A stretch of 64,000 nucleotides of DNA. Source: Candidatus Woesebacteria bacterium (GTDB lineage Bacteria > Patescibacteriota > Microgenomatia > UBA1400 > PJMF01). The notes below the pieces were generated by a model, which made no database searches, was not told the DNA's origin, and was given only the letters and a program-made list of their open reading frames with translations. Every line of letters starts with the position of its first letter. Position 1 is the stretch's first letter. The translations under genes and the position numbers were made by a program. Location: NCBI GenBank assembly GCA_017999345.1, contig JAGNLY010000002.1, forward strand, positions 4,425 through 68,424, read 5' to 3'. Shown here in pieces: positions 28,289-38,648 of the stretch.

Positions 28289-30190
28289 TTAGTTATTTGT
28301 AGCAGGAATTTTTCCAGAACTCATCCAGTCAAAAATAGCCTTGACTACTGGACCAGCATCTTTTGACCCCTCCTTGTAAGGGTTGATCTCATCGCTCTCA
28401 ACCAGAACTACAATCACAATCTTCTCTGGAAAACCAAACTTTTTAACTTCTTCTCCCCACTTTTCTCTCGACAATAAAACTTGATCATTAGCCAAATTTG
28501 TTTGATTTAAATCATTACCAACTTCAGCCTGATCAGAAGCTTCTAAGTCACCTTCATTATCAGCATCTAATTTTGATTCTATTAAATTCTTAGTCCCAAA
28601 AATGGAAACAAACCAGCCATGTGTTTTTCGATACCCTCGCTCGTCGGCTTGACCAAACTCAGATGTACCTGTTTTACATGCAACTGCCCCATTTTCCAAT
28701 AACTCATTAGCATTCTTGCCACTTTCTAAGATGGATTCATTATGCTCAAAAAAAGGAAATCCCGTCCCACCAGTACTACATGCACCGACCATTCCCTCAA
28801 GTACAAGATTAATATTCTCTTCCAAAACCCCTACCTCTCTACACCTGCTTTTACCAAACAAGCCACCAATTCCACTTGATAACTGTCCACTTTCATCATT
28901 AATCAAAGTTGCTTTACAAAGATTTCCTCTGTTGGCGATTGCTTGAATAAGTTGAGCAATTTGAATTGGAGTTGTCAAAATATCACCTTGTCCAATCCCC
29001 ATATGGTATGTATTTCCCAAAAACCATCTTTCACCAGTTACCCGTTGCTTCCATTCTGGATCTGGGACAACTCCTTGAATCTCTGCTTGTAATTCAATTT
29101 CACTTTTTTCACCCAAAGAAAATAAATTTGCCATTTCTTTGAGCTTTTCTGGACCAACCCACTCAGCAACCTTATAAAAATATATGTCGTTACTTCTAGA
29201 TATTGCTCGCAAAAGACTTATCTCCCCCTCCTTGCCCCCAAACTGGGTGTAATACCAGTTCGCATAACTGTACTCACCAACCTCAAGAACACCCTCGTCC
29301 AAGACAGATGTATTTTCATTAATCTTATTACCTTCTAACCCCGCCAAAGAAGTTATAATTTTAAAAACAGAACCCGGTGGATAAGCACCACTTATCGCAC
29401 GATTGAAAAACAACTTTTGAGGATTAGAAAAGAAATCTTGAATTTTAAGAATTCTCTGTCGTTCTTCCTCTATATCTTCGGATGTTTCACTCATAACCGA
29501 ACTATCAAAACTGGGACTGCTTAGAAGACTAAGTACCTCTGAATTTGAAGCATCTAAAATTACGACCACACCTTTTTTATCTCCCAATGCCAAAAGAGAA
29601 ATTTCAGAAAGATGTGGATCTAAAGTTGTTTTGATATTTTTTCCAGGAACACTTGGAATATCAGCAATTAATCTTTGTTTTTCTCCAAGCGCATTAATTT
29701 CGTAGACGCTTGATCCTTTGCTTCCTCTTAAAAAACTCTGATATTCCTTTTCCAAACCAAATTTTCCAATTCTGTCACTAATGTGCAAACTCTTATCTTT
29801 ATCCAGATCGTCTTGGCTAACATTGCCCACGAATCCTAAAACATTGGCCATAGATTTTGGATAAAGATACATTCTTTCCAAGTCTGTTCTGATTAAATCT
29901 GAGTTTTGCGACATGGTCTCAAAAGCTTGTTCGTGGCTGATTCTTGTTTTATCGCTGTAAAGAGTGCTGTCTGTATCTAGTTTGTAGTAAACAGGCTTAT
30001 TATAGACCAATGGATTGTCATATCTGTCCAAAAATACTCCTCTTTCTTCAGGATAATCGATAGAATAAGTTTTATTATTTTCAGCTAAATTTTTATAAAC
30101 CGAGCCATTCACAATTTGAATATCAACCAATCTAAATATCAAAGTTGTAAAGATAAAAATTATCAATCCAAAAATAAGATTATTTTTCAT
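28289..30190 (-). CDS. mrdA: penicillin-binding protein 2 (elongasome transpeptidase)
   Basis: N-terminal anchor, PPGSVFK (SxxK), SRSND (SxN), CKTGTSE (KTG); follows mreBCD. Confidence 0.9.
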   Translation of the reverse strand: MKNNLIFGLIIFIFTTLIFRLVDIQIVNGSVYKNLAENNKTYSIDYPEERGVFLDRYDNPLVYNKPVYYKLDTDSTLYSDKTRISHEQAFETMSQNSDLIRTDLERMYLYPKSMANVLGFVGNVSQDDLDKDKSLHISDRIGKFGLEKEYQSFLRGSKGSSVYEINALGEKQRLIADIPSVPGKNIKTTLDPHLSEISLLALGDKKGVVVILDASNSEVLSLLSSPSFDSSVMSETSEDIEEERQRILKIQDFFSNPQKLFFNRAISGAYPPGSVFKIITSLAGLEGNKINENTSVLDEGVLEVGEYSYANWYYTQFGGKEGEISLLRAISRSNDIYFYKVAEWVGPEKLKEMANLFSLGEKSEIELQAEIQGVVPDPEWKQRVTGERWFLGNTYHMGIGQGDILTTPIQIAQLIQAIANRGNLCKATLINDESGQLSSGIGGLFGKSRCREVGVLEENINLVLEGMVGACSTGGTGFPFFEHNESILESGKNANELLENGAVACKTGTSEFGQADERGYRKTHGWFVSIFGTKNLIESKLDADNEGDLEASDQAEVGNDLNQTNLANDQVLLSREKWGEEVKKFGFPEKIVIVVLVESDEINPYKEGSKDAGPVVKAIFDWMSSGKIPATNN

Positions 30191-30195
30191 ATTTT

Positions 30196-30669
30196 TTATC
30201 TGAAAAAATTACCTTTTTTCTCACCGATCTTTTTTGTCAGGCCATATTTTGCAAACAAAGTTTTCATTAAAATTAATAAAGCAATTAATGATCCAAAAAA
30301 CAAAGAAATTATAAGTGAGCTACTAAAATCAATTTCGGACTTAAATGCAACCATTGCTATGAATACATAAATTGAAACAAAAACTCTATTTATATCACTC
30401 GCAATGAGGTTGTTTCCACGAGCAACTAAAATAAATAAAATCACCATTAAAATCAGAGAAAAAGAGATGGAAAAATTGTAAGTTAAAGCAAGAAATATTG
30501 ATCCTAAAATAATATATATGTACTTATATAAATCTTTTTCTTTGATAATGAATACTAAAAATAAGGTAGCAAAAACTATCGGTAAACCGATGACTTTTTC
30601 AAAAGATATTACAAATATTAATATTAATAATTTTATAAATATAAAAATTAAATTCTTAAGTAAAATCAT
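30196..30669 (-). CDS. mreD: rod shape-determining protein MreD-like membrane protein
   Basis: 157 aa, five hydrophobic helices, position immediately after mreC with 1-nt overlap; call rests mainly on context. Confidence 0.5.
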   Translation of the reverse strand: MILLKNLIFIFIKLLILIFVISFEKVIGLPIVFATLFLVFIIKEKDLYKYIYIILGSIFLALTYNFSISFSLILMVILFILVARGNNLIASDINRVFVSIYVFIAMVAFKSEIDFSSSLIISLFFGSLIALLILMKTLFAKYGLTKKIGEKKGNFFR

Positions 30670-31427
30670 TATTTAACCTCCAATAAGACAACATCATAAA
30701 ATGTAATTTCTTGGTCAATGACTGCTGTTTGAGTGGGAGCAGAAGGATTATTGTCAATCAATCTTAGGGTTCCTATAAAAATATTTCTCTCAACACCTTC
30801 TTGGCCAACACTAACAACTCTTTCGCCATTTACTAGACTCATATTTCTTGGCACTTGAGTAAAAAGAACATTTCTTCCATCTCCGTCAACAACACCCTCA
30901 ATTCCAGATTCTGTTTTTGCTAAAATTTTATTTGCTCTATGTCTTGAAAGAAGAGACACTTTTGACTGGAAATTTTCTACCTCTTCTATTGTCCCCAGCA
31001 ACATACCATTGTATAAAACCATTTTATTCACCTCTACCCCATCCTTACTGCCAACTCCAATTGCTGGATAAGCCAGTGAAATAATTGGGGCGCTAATAAT
31101 AGTTTTTTCCAGTTTTAAATCTCTATTTTCAATTATTTTTTTAAGTTCATTATTTTCCTCCCTCAATTTATCAAGTTCACTTAACTGGGATAGACTTTGG
31201 ACGTATCTTGATTCCAGCTGACCCATATACTTGAATTTACTGAAAGAAAAAATAAAAAAATCGTATGGTTTTTTTATTTGTTTTATCAAGGAATTGTCTA
31301 GATCATATATTGGCACAAGCAACTGAGAACCTTTTTCTTTTAAAACAGAAAACCAGCCAACCCATTCAAATAAGGAAAAAATTATTATCAATAATAATAA
31401 TAAAATATATTCATTTAGCTTCTTCAT
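30669..31427 (-). CDS. mreC: rod shape-determining protein MreC
   Basis: N-terminal anchor, coiled coil (LSELDKLREENNELKKIIE) and beta-barrel C-terminal half; overlaps mreB stop by 4 nt. Confidence 0.75.
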   Translation of the reverse strand: MKKLNEYILLLLLIIIFSLFEWVGWFSVLKEKGSQLLVPIYDLDNSLIKQIKKPYDFFIFSFSKFKYMGQLESRYVQSLSQLSELDKLREENNELKKIIENRDLKLEKTIISAPIISLAYPAIGVGSKDGVEVNKMVLYNGMLLGTIEEVENFQSKVSLLSRHRANKILAKTESGIEGVVDGDGRNVLFTQVPRNMSLVNGERVVSVGQEGVERNIFIGTLRLIDNNPSAPTQTAVIDQEITFYDVVLLEVK

Positions 31428-32404
31428 AACGTTAAACCAAATACGACATCTTTGATTGGATTATCTGAAATGAAAACATCGCACTTGAGTCGTTTACGTA
31501 TTACTTCATCAATGCCATGAAGCATGCTGCCACCACCGGTCAAAAATATTCCTCTGTCCAAAACAGAGACTGCTGTTTCCGATGGTAAAGTTGAGATAAA
31601 AATTTGAAAACTATCTAAAAGCTCATTTAATAGATCAGTAAACTCTTGCTTCACATCTTCAGAATTAAAAACTATGGTTTTACTTGACTGAGAAATAAGA
31701 TCTTTGCCTTGTAAGGCAAACTTGCTCTTATGATTGCCAAAACTACCAACTTGTTTTTTAGCTTCTTCTGCCAGATGCCAGCCAACCACACATTGATTAT
31801 TAGTTCTAACTATTTTTTGCAACGCTTCTGTGAGCTTTATTCCACCCCACTTAAAACTTTTTGAGCTAACTAGCTCATTAACAGAAAAAACAGCTATTTC
31901 AGTTTTTTGAGCTCCTATGTCGATAATACACATATCATTGAGTTGGTTTTTATTACCATTACAAATGGTCAACCCGGCGGCATATGCGCTATCTATTAGT
32001 TCGACGCTAGAAAATCCAACTTTTTTTAGTAATTCTTTCATTAAATTTTTCTTAGCAGGAGAAAGTGAGCTCATTGAAGAAACCTTGCCGCTCAAACCAA
32101 AGATAAGTTTCTTAAAGTTTTCTTCAGGAATAATTTTATTAATAACCGTTGATAAAAAAAGCTCAAAATACTTCGTGTTGGCCACTGCACCATATTGAAC
32201 CGGAAAACCAATTTCAATTGAACTTGGAGCTTTGCCAAGTAAAGACAATGCTTTTTTACCAATAGCCACAACTGAGTCAGTGCCCTTGTGATAAGCAAGA
32301 CATGTGGGCTCATTAAACAATTCTTTTTCACTAGAATGAATCCTAGTATTTGAAGAACCGATATCAATATATAGTTCTTTCCTATTAAGATTCGTAAACT
32401 TCAT
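31424..32404 (-). CDS. mreB: MreB-like actin homologue (divergent)
   Basis: IDIGSSNTRI, NEPTCLAY, VAIGKKALSLLGK, IIDIGAQKTEIAV, LTGGGSML follow the MreB/actin ATPase phosphate and adenosine motifs. Confidence 0.8.
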   Translation of the reverse strand: MKFTNLNRKELYIDIGSSNTRIHSSEKELFNEPTCLAYHKGTDSVVAIGKKALSLLGKAPSSIEIGFPVQYGAVANTKYFELFLSTVINKIIPEENFKKLIFGLSGKVSSMSSLSPAKKNLMKELLKKVGFSSVELIDSAYAAGLTICNGNKNQLNDMCIIDIGAQKTEIAVFSVNELVSSKSFKWGGIKLTEALQKIVRTNNQCVVGWHLAEEAKKQVGSFGNHKSKFALQGKDLISQSSKTIVFNSEDVKQEFTDLLNELLDSFQIFISTLPSETAVSVLDRGIFLTGGGSMLHGIDEVIRKRLKCDVFISDNPIKDVVFGLTL

Positions 32405-32452
32405 GGAGTTAGTATAGATTAGAAAACTGAGAAATTAATAACCAATTTATCG

Positions 32453-33271
32453 TTAATTTGTTTCAACTTTATTTAGAATTTCAGATGCAGAATGCCATTT
32501 GTTCTCGTTCATAAGTTGTTCAGCTCTGTTTATTTGCTCAAGAATTGCTGGATTGCCTGAGTTATATTCTCTTAGACCTGCAATTCTCTCAACAAACAAA
32601 TCTGATTTTAAATCTAATGCTTTCTCAAGCATAATTTCTTCTAAATCTGGAATTAATGTTTCTAAATATGCAATTAGAGCATTTTGAATGTTTTCACCTT
32701 CTTGACCATTTATCTGACTTGGATCAAGAGCAGATCTTTTTGCCATAATTTCATCAAATTTAACCTTTTCTTCAGAAGTTATGAGCATATTAACATCATT
32801 TTCCAAGAAATCATTCCAAACAACATCTTGTAGTTCATTTAAGAAGTTTTCCTTGACTTCTTCGCCACCATTCTCAGCTCCTAACATAAAGAAAATATTT
32901 TGGTCGTCAAGCTTTTCACTGACTGCATCCTCTGAATCATCAGTTTGCATATTGTCAACGGAGTTATCATCGCCAGACATATTGCCAGCAGACATATCAT
33001 CACCAGACATATCATCACCAGGCATGTTGCCAGCAGACTTATCGTCACCAGACATATCATCTGATTTTTGATCAGCTACAGCAGGGTCGGAAAATGAATC
33101 ATCAGCTTTTAAATCATTGCTGACAACTGGAGCACTGCTGTCTGCAGGACTGTTGTTCGTTGAAAAATCATCAGATTTCATTGCACTATCATCTGCAATC
33201 ATTGGTGGCTGATAATCGTCGACATAAGAAGCACTAGATTGATTTTGGTTTTGGGCAGAATTATCGTTCAT
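32453..33271 (-). CDS. hypothetical acidic protein with MSGDD/MSAGN tandem repeats
   Basis: 272-aa ORF; N-terminal half low complexity with 15-nt DNA repeat units at about 32940-33070; structured C-terminal half; no family recognised. Confidence 0.6.
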   Translation of the reverse strand: MNDNSAQNQNQSSASYVDDYQPPMIADDSAMKSDDFSTNNSPADSSAPVVSNDLKADDSFSDPAVADQKSDDMSGDDKSAGNMPGDDMSGDDMSAGNMSGDDNSVDNMQTDDSEDAVSEKLDDQNIFFMLGAENGGEEVKENFLNELQDVVWNDFLENDVNMLITSEEKVKFDEIMAKRSALDPSQINGQEGENIQNALIAYLETLIPDLEEIMLEKALDLKSDLFVERIAGLREYNSGNPAILEQINRAEQLMNENKWHSASEILNKVETN

Positions 33272-33337
33272 AATAATATAACTATACCAGTTTTTTATAA
33301 TAATTTGAAATAGTCAATTTTCTGCTACTATATAGTA

Positions 33338-35500
33338 ATGAAACTCCCCAGAACTATAATAGTATATTTTTTTAATTTTCTACTCTTATCTGTTCCTCTT
33401 TACTTCAGGTTTGTTAATGAAGAGTTGTTTGAATTCAACAAAATGATTCTAGTCTACGGAATTACCACAATTATTTCATTTTTTTGGCTTTTAAGAATGA
33501 TTTTCCATAAAAAATTGATTTTCAAAAGAACAGCCCTCGACATACCTATTCTACTTTTTTTGATTTCTCAAATAATATCAACAGTGATTTCAATTCACCC
33601 AAGAACCTCTATGCTGGGATACTATTCAAGATTCAATGGTGGACTGCTTTCAACAATCAGCTACATCATCCTTTATTATGCATTTGTTAGTAATATTAAA
33701 AAAAAGGATATCCCAGGAATACTAGTTAGTACATTCATTTCTGGAGCACTTGTCTCAATCTACGGAATCTTTGAGCACTTCGGACACTCACTAAGCTGTC
33801 TTTTTGCACCAGTTGATAAAAATGATTTTAGTGTTGGATGCTGGAAACAGGATGTGCAGTCAAGAGTATTTGCAAGTTTTGGTCAACCAAATTGGTTGGC
33901 TGCCTACGCAATTACTCTGTTACCACTAGGAATTGGATTAAGCATTCAAAAAAAATATAAATTTAGTCAAAAGCTATTTTTTTCTGTTGTCTCGATTCTG
34001 TTGTTTATTGTCTTGATATTTACAAGATCAAGATCTGGTCTAGTTGGTCTTGGAGGTGGAATAATATTTTCAATTTTGATGGCACTTTTTCTAAATTTTA
34101 AAAAAGATAAAAATCTAAAATCTAAAATTGACCACCAGTTTTTTTATCTCATCACTGCAGGAATCATGATTTCATCAGCAATTTTTGGCACTATGTTCAC
34201 GCCTTCAATTACAGAAATTCTGAATAATCAAAAAGAAAGCCAAATTGCAATCGAAACGAAGATAAATAGTGAAAATTCACCAGCAGAAGCTGGAGTAACA
34301 CAAGCTCTAAATAGCCTTGAGACTGGAGGAACAGACTCGGGTAAAATTAGAAAAATAGTCTGGAAAGGTGGACTACAAATCTGGAAAAGATACCCATTAT
34401 TTGGTTCCGGAGTAGAAACTTTTGCATATAGTTATTATTTAGATAGACCAAGAGAACATAATGACGTCTCAGAATGGGACTTCCTTTACAACAAAGCGCA
34501 TAACGAATTAATAAATATTTTGGCAAATACAGGAATTTTTGGCCTACTTACCTATTTATCAATCCTGATAACTTTTGGATTACTGGTGATCAAAAAAGTT
34601 ATCACCAACCAAAAAGACAACTTCATTTCATTGGCAATTTTGATTGGAATTATAAACTTATCAATTTCGAATTTTTTCGGTTTTTCCACAGTAACTGTAA
34701 ATTTACTCATGTTTGTCTTTTTTGGCATCAGCATGGTTTTAAACACAAAAATAGAATCCAAAAACTCACAAAAATCATCAATGAATACAAAAAGCTCTAA
34801 GGATTTGTCGGCAGAACAGTACTTTTTTATCTCCATTTTATTTATTACAGCATTAATAATTTTAATAAAAATATACAATTATTGGGATGCAGATCGATTA
34901 TTTTATATTGGAAAAACAAAATTTAAGGAAGGAAATTATCTAGTTGGTGTTCAAAAACAGCTAGAGGCTACACAAAAATCTCCTCATGAATCATTGTTTT
35001 ACGATAATCTTTCTGATAATTATGCCAAATTAGCCGTAGAACTAATTAATGTTGGAGATGCAACCGCCGCCTCAGCAGTTATTGACGAATCTATAAAAGC
35101 CAGCGATTTGGCTTTAGAAAATAATAATCGACATTTGAATTTCTATAAAACTAGATCAAGAGTGTTTGTAACATTGGGTCAAATAGACGAAAGATATTTA
35201 ATTGAAGCCCAAAATACGCTAGATATGTCTATTAAACTTGCTCCAACGGATCCAAAACTTGTTTATACTCAAGGAGTGATTGACCTAAGTTTGGGTAAAA
35301 TTGAAAGCGGCACCCGGCTCATCGAAAAAGCAATAGAGCTCAAACCAAACTATGAAAAAGCAAGGTGGAAAGCTGCGGAAATATATGAAAACAATGATCA
35401 AATACCAAAAGCTCTCGAACAGTTGAATTATATTCTCGAAAATATTTCACCAAATGATGAAAAAACAAAGGAAAAAATATCCAAGCTAGAGGCACTCTAA
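33338..35500 (+). CDS. O-antigen ligase/polymerase-like membrane protein fused to C-terminal TPR domain
   Basis: More than 10 TM helices with a Wzy_C-like loop (HNELINILANTGIFG), then TPR-like repeats (..ALENNNRHLNFYKTR.., ..AIELKPNYEKARW..). Confidence 0.7.
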   Translation: MKLPRTIIVYFFNFLLLSVPLYFRFVNEELFEFNKMILVYGITTIISFFWLLRMIFHKKLIFKRTALDIPILLFLISQIISTVISIHPRTSMLGYYSRFNGGLLSTISYIILYYAFVSNIKKKDIPGILVSTFISGALVSIYGIFEHFGHSLSCLFAPVDKNDFSVGCWKQDVQSRVFASFGQPNWLAAYAITLLPLGIGLSIQKKYKFSQKLFFSVVSILLFIVLIFTRSRSGLVGLGGGIIFSILMALFLNFKKDKNLKSKIDHQFFYLITAGIMISSAIFGTMFTPSITEILNNQKESQIAIETKINSENSPAEAGVTQALNSLETGGTDSGKIRKIVWKGGLQIWKRYPLFGSGVETFAYSYYLDRPREHNDVSEWDFLYNKAHNELINILANTGIFGLLTYLSILITFGLLVIKKVITNQKDNFISLAILIGIINLSISNFFGFSTVTVNLLMFVFFGISMVLNTKIESKNSQKSSMNTKSSKDLSAEQYFFISILFITALIILIKIYNYWDADRLFYIGKTKFKEGNYLVGVQKQLEATQKSPHESLFYDNLSDNYAKLAVELINVGDATAASAVIDESIKASDLALENNNRHLNFYKTRSRVFVTLGQIDERYLIEAQNTLDMSIKLAPTDPKLVYTQGVIDLSLGKIESGTRLIEKAIELKPNYEKARWKAAEIYENNDQIPKALEQLNYILENISPNDEKTKEKISKLEAL

Positions 35501-35517
35501 ATGTTATAATAGCCCTA

Positions 35518-36069
35518 ATGAAAAAAATTATTACAATTCCCAACAAAACGCTAAGGGAAAAGGCAAAAGAAGTTTTAGAAGTTGATAAAAAATTAAAAAA
35601 TTTTATTTCAGAATTTGAAGAAACGCTTGATAAAAAAAGAAATCCTCGCGGGATTGGTCTGGCTGCTCCACAAGTTGATAAATTATTGAGAATTTTTTCA
35701 ATTAACTTGGACGGAATTGAAACATACATTAATCCAAAAATAATCAAAACTAGCAAAAAAGTTATCTTTGGACCAAATAGTGAGGACCCAATTTTGGAAG
35801 CCTGTCTCTCTATTCCAAATTTATATGGACCCGTACCTAGATTCTCATGGATTGAAGTGGAATTTCAAATAATTGAAAATGACAAATTGATAAACAGAAA
35901 AGCAAAACTTGAAGCCTTTAAGGCCAGAGTTTTTCAACATGAATTTGACCATCTAAATGGCATATTGTTTACTGATTATTCTTTAAAATATAACCTTCCA
36001 GTTTATAAAGGAAGCAGCAGAGGAGATGAGCTGCAAGAAGTAGACCCTGCTCTTCTAGAACTCTATTAA
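35518..36069 (+). CDS. def: peptide deformylase
   Basis: GIGLAAPQV, EACLSIP, QHEFDHLNG: the three PDF motifs. Confidence 0.95.
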   Translation: MKKIITIPNKTLREKAKEVLEVDKKLKNFISEFEETLDKKRNPRGIGLAAPQVDKLLRIFSINLDGIETYINPKIIKTSKKVIFGPNSEDPILEACLSIPNLYGPVPRFSWIEVEFQIIENDKLINRKAKLEAFKARVFQHEFDHLNGILFTDYSLKYNLPVYKGSSRGDELQEVDPALLELY

Positions 36070-37035
36070 ATGAAAAAATACACAATCGCTATAGTTGGCT
36101 CCACAAAAAGAACAGTGCTGTGTGCTCAGGAACTTAAAAAGAGTGATAAGTTTGAAATAACTTGGCTTTTGACACCAATTCCAAAGCCGGTGGGCAGAAA
36201 AAAAGTTATTACTCCAAATGAACTGGACATTTTTGGACATGAAAATGAAATAGATACTTATTATGTTCAAAAAAAAGTTGACGAGATACTCAAAGTTGAA
36301 CTCGAAAATAAAAAAGTAGACTTTTTATTAGTAGTGGATTTTGGCTATATTATTCCAAAATGGCTGCTTGATTTGCCAACAATTGCTCCGCTCAACATCC
36401 ACCCTTCTCAGTTACCAAAATGGCGAGGAAGTTCTCCGGGACAATACTCAATTTTATTTAATGATAAAAATTCAGCAGTAACTTTGATGAAAATTAACGA
36501 TAAATTTGATCAAGGGCCAATTGTTCATCAAGATTTTTTCGAATTAGATCCAAACTGGAATCACCAAGACTATTATTCCCATGCTTTCAAATTAATTTGC
36601 GAAAATTTAGATGAAAAAATCATTAAATCAATTGACTATTCTCAAAACCAGCCTGAAGAATCGCCAACACCGACTGCAAAAATTCTAAAAAAAGAACAAA
36701 CATTTGTTGATTGGGAATTACTAAAAAAAGCCACCGGGGTTGGAAATAAAATCGAGGTTGAAAAAATAATACCAATCTCTCCCCTGCTTAAAACTGCGCT
36801 TGAACATAACAAATCACTCGCATTGACACTGGAAAGAGCAAGTAAGGCTTTCTATCCATGGCCAAACCTGTGGACTATCATCAACACTCAAAAAGGTGCC
36901 AAAAGAATGAAGTTGCTAGATTTAAAAGTTGAAGTGGATGCTTCTGGAAAAACGAAATTAATAATAGAAAAAGTTCAAATAGAAGGCAAAAATCCAACAA
37001 GTTGGAACGAAATTAAAAATTTAATTATTGAATAA
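36070..37035 (+). CDS. fmt: methionyl-tRNA formyltransferase
   Basis: Starts on the def stop; NIHPSQLPKWRGSSP formyltransferase motif, C-terminal beta-barrel domain. Confidence 0.88.
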   Translation: MKKYTIAIVGSTKRTVLCAQELKKSDKFEITWLLTPIPKPVGRKKVITPNELDIFGHENEIDTYYVQKKVDEILKVELENKKVDFLLVVDFGYIIPKWLLDLPTIAPLNIHPSQLPKWRGSSPGQYSILFNDKNSAVTLMKINDKFDQGPIVHQDFFELDPNWNHQDYYSHAFKLICENLDEKIIKSIDYSQNQPEESPTPTAKILKKEQTFVDWELLKKATGVGNKIEVEKIIPISPLLKTALEHNKSLALTLERASKAFYPWPNLWTIINTQKGAKRMKLLDLKVEVDASGKTKLIIEKVQIEGKNPTSWNEIKNLIIE

Positions 37036-37040
37036 GAAAA

Positions 37041-37253
37041 TTATTCTGGTCTTTTCCAATGTGTGGTAATTCCAGATTTCTTGAGCATTTTTAAAACTTT
37101 TGCAGGAACTTTCATTTTTTGTTTTTGACCGTCAACAAGGATAGTTACTGTGTGAAGGTTAAACTTAAATGGTCTGCTGCTTCTGTTTTTTGCATGGGAA
37201 ACTTTATTTCCGATGTGAGCTACACTTTTGTGTTTGAATGCGAAACTTGACAT
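37041..37253 (-). CDS. rpmB: 50S ribosomal protein L28
   Basis: MSSFAFKHKSVAHIGNKVSHAKNRSSRPFKFNLH.. matches the L28 pattern (gn.vShsn.rt.R.f.pNl); ATG 37253 rather than track start 37349. Confidence 0.85.
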   Translation of the reverse strand: MSSFAFKHKSVAHIGNKVSHAKNRSSRPFKFNLHTVTILVDGQKQKMKVPAKVLKMLKKSGITTHWKRPE

Positions 37254-37340
37254 AAATATATTCCAATCTAATTTTAGTCGAACTGTGATTATACTACCTA
37301 GCCCCTTGATTGGCAAACACAATAGTTTATAATTTAGAAC

Positions 37341-37982
37341 ATGCCTCAAATCGGTTTACTCCCAATACTCTTTAGTGATCCAATCTCATTTTTTATCATT
37401 GCTGCCGGCCTAATTATCTCTGTGACCATCCATGAATTTGCCCATGCATTTACTGCTGACAAGCTTGGTGATCCAACTCCAAAATATCAAGGAAGAGTGA
37501 CTTTGGATCCAAGAGCACATCTTGATCCAATGGGCACATTAGCAATTTTAATTATTGGTTTTGGTTGGGGAAAAGCAGTTCAATTTGATCCTTTCAACCT
37601 TAAAAATCCCAAAAAAGACACTGCCCTGATTGCTCTCGCTGGTCCGGCCTCAAATATTATACTTGCCACCTTAATTTCTGTCGTTATTGGCGCGCTAAAT
37701 ATTTCAGGCATTTTACTTTCGGTCTTGGTAACAATTATTTTTATCAATGTCATGCTGGCAATTTTTAACCTTGTGCCAATTTATCCCCTAGATGGATCAA
37801 AAATTGCCCAAGCTCTATTGCCAAAACAATTGGCTCTAGAATATGAACTATTTATGAGGAGATATGGAAATTTAGTTTTAATCGGCTTAATTTTGCCTTG
37901 GAACGGCACTGGTTCCCCAATTTCACACCTTATCTCTCCTATCATTGATTTTGTTACGGGCATTTTAATGCTACTTTGGTAA
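37341..37982 (+). CDS. site-2 protease family zinc metalloprotease (peptidase M50)
   Basis: HEFAHAF in TM helix and NLVPIYPLDGSK (NxxPxxxLDG); six TM segments. Confidence 0.8.
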   Translation: MPQIGLLPILFSDPISFFIIAAGLIISVTIHEFAHAFTADKLGDPTPKYQGRVTLDPRAHLDPMGTLAILIIGFGWGKAVQFDPFNLKNPKKDTALIALAGPASNIILATLISVVIGALNISGILLSVLVTIIFINVMLAIFNLVPIYPLDGSKIAQALLPKQLALEYELFMRRYGNLVLIGLILPWNGTGSPISHLISPIIDFVTGILMLLW

Positions 37983-38000
37983 AAAATACTAAAAAACATT

Positions 38001-38648
38001 TTGCTTAAAAATAATCAAGAAAATAAATTAGATCCAGAAATAACCATATTCAAACTTGGCGATCTTGAAACAAACTGCTACTTAGTCTGGTGCCCAAAAA
38101 CACTAGAAACAATTATTATCGACCCAGCAGATAATGGAGATTTCATTAGTGAGAAAATTTTAGAGCTAAAATTAAAACCACTTTGCATGGTTTTCACTCA
38201 CGGCCACTTTGACCATGTTTTAGGATCATTAGAATTAAGACTCAACTTTGATTTGCCAATTTTTCTTCATGAAGATGACCTTTTCTTGATAAAAGATGCA
38301 CAAAAAAGTGCAAAATATTGGCTTAAAAAGGAAGAAGTTGCTCCAGTGCCCTCAGAGGTTTCATTTATATCAGAAAAAAGTGTGCTAGATTTTGGCGAAT
38401 GCCAACTTGAGGTAATTGAAACTCCGGGCCACACTCCAGGGAGTATTTCTTTATTTTCTAAAGCTAAAAAACAGATTATTTTCACTGGCGACACTTTATT
38501 TAAAAATTCCGTTGGCAGAACTGACTTTAAATATTCCAAACCGATGGAGCTAGAAAAATCACTACAAAAATTATCAAAGTTTCCAAAAAACACAATTTGT
38601 TATCCAGGACACGGAGAGCCAACAACTATTGGTGAGGAACTAAATTAA
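38001..38648 (+). CDS. MBL-fold metallo-hydrolase (glyoxalase II-like)
   Basis: THGHFDH (HxHxDH), TPGHTPGS, GDTLF, YPGHG; TTG start. Confidence 0.85.
   Translation: MLKNNQENKLDPEITIFKLGDLETNCYLVWCPKTLETIIIDPADNGDFISEKILELKLKPLCMVFTHGHFDHVLGSLELRLNFDLPIFLHEDDLFLIKDAQKSAKYWLKKEEVAPVPSEVSFISEKSVLDFGECQLEVIETPGHTPGSISLFSKAKKQIIFTGDTLFKNSVGRTDFKYSKPMELEKSLQKLSKFPKNTICYPGHGEPTTIGEELN

Noticed and set aside
32940-33070. Short tandem DNA repeats that at first glance might suggest a CRISPR-like or satellite array
   Set aside because: The units are about 15 nt, contiguous and in frame, encoding MSGDD/MSAGN peptide repeats. There are no spacers. No CRISPR array or cas gene occurs anywhere in the window.
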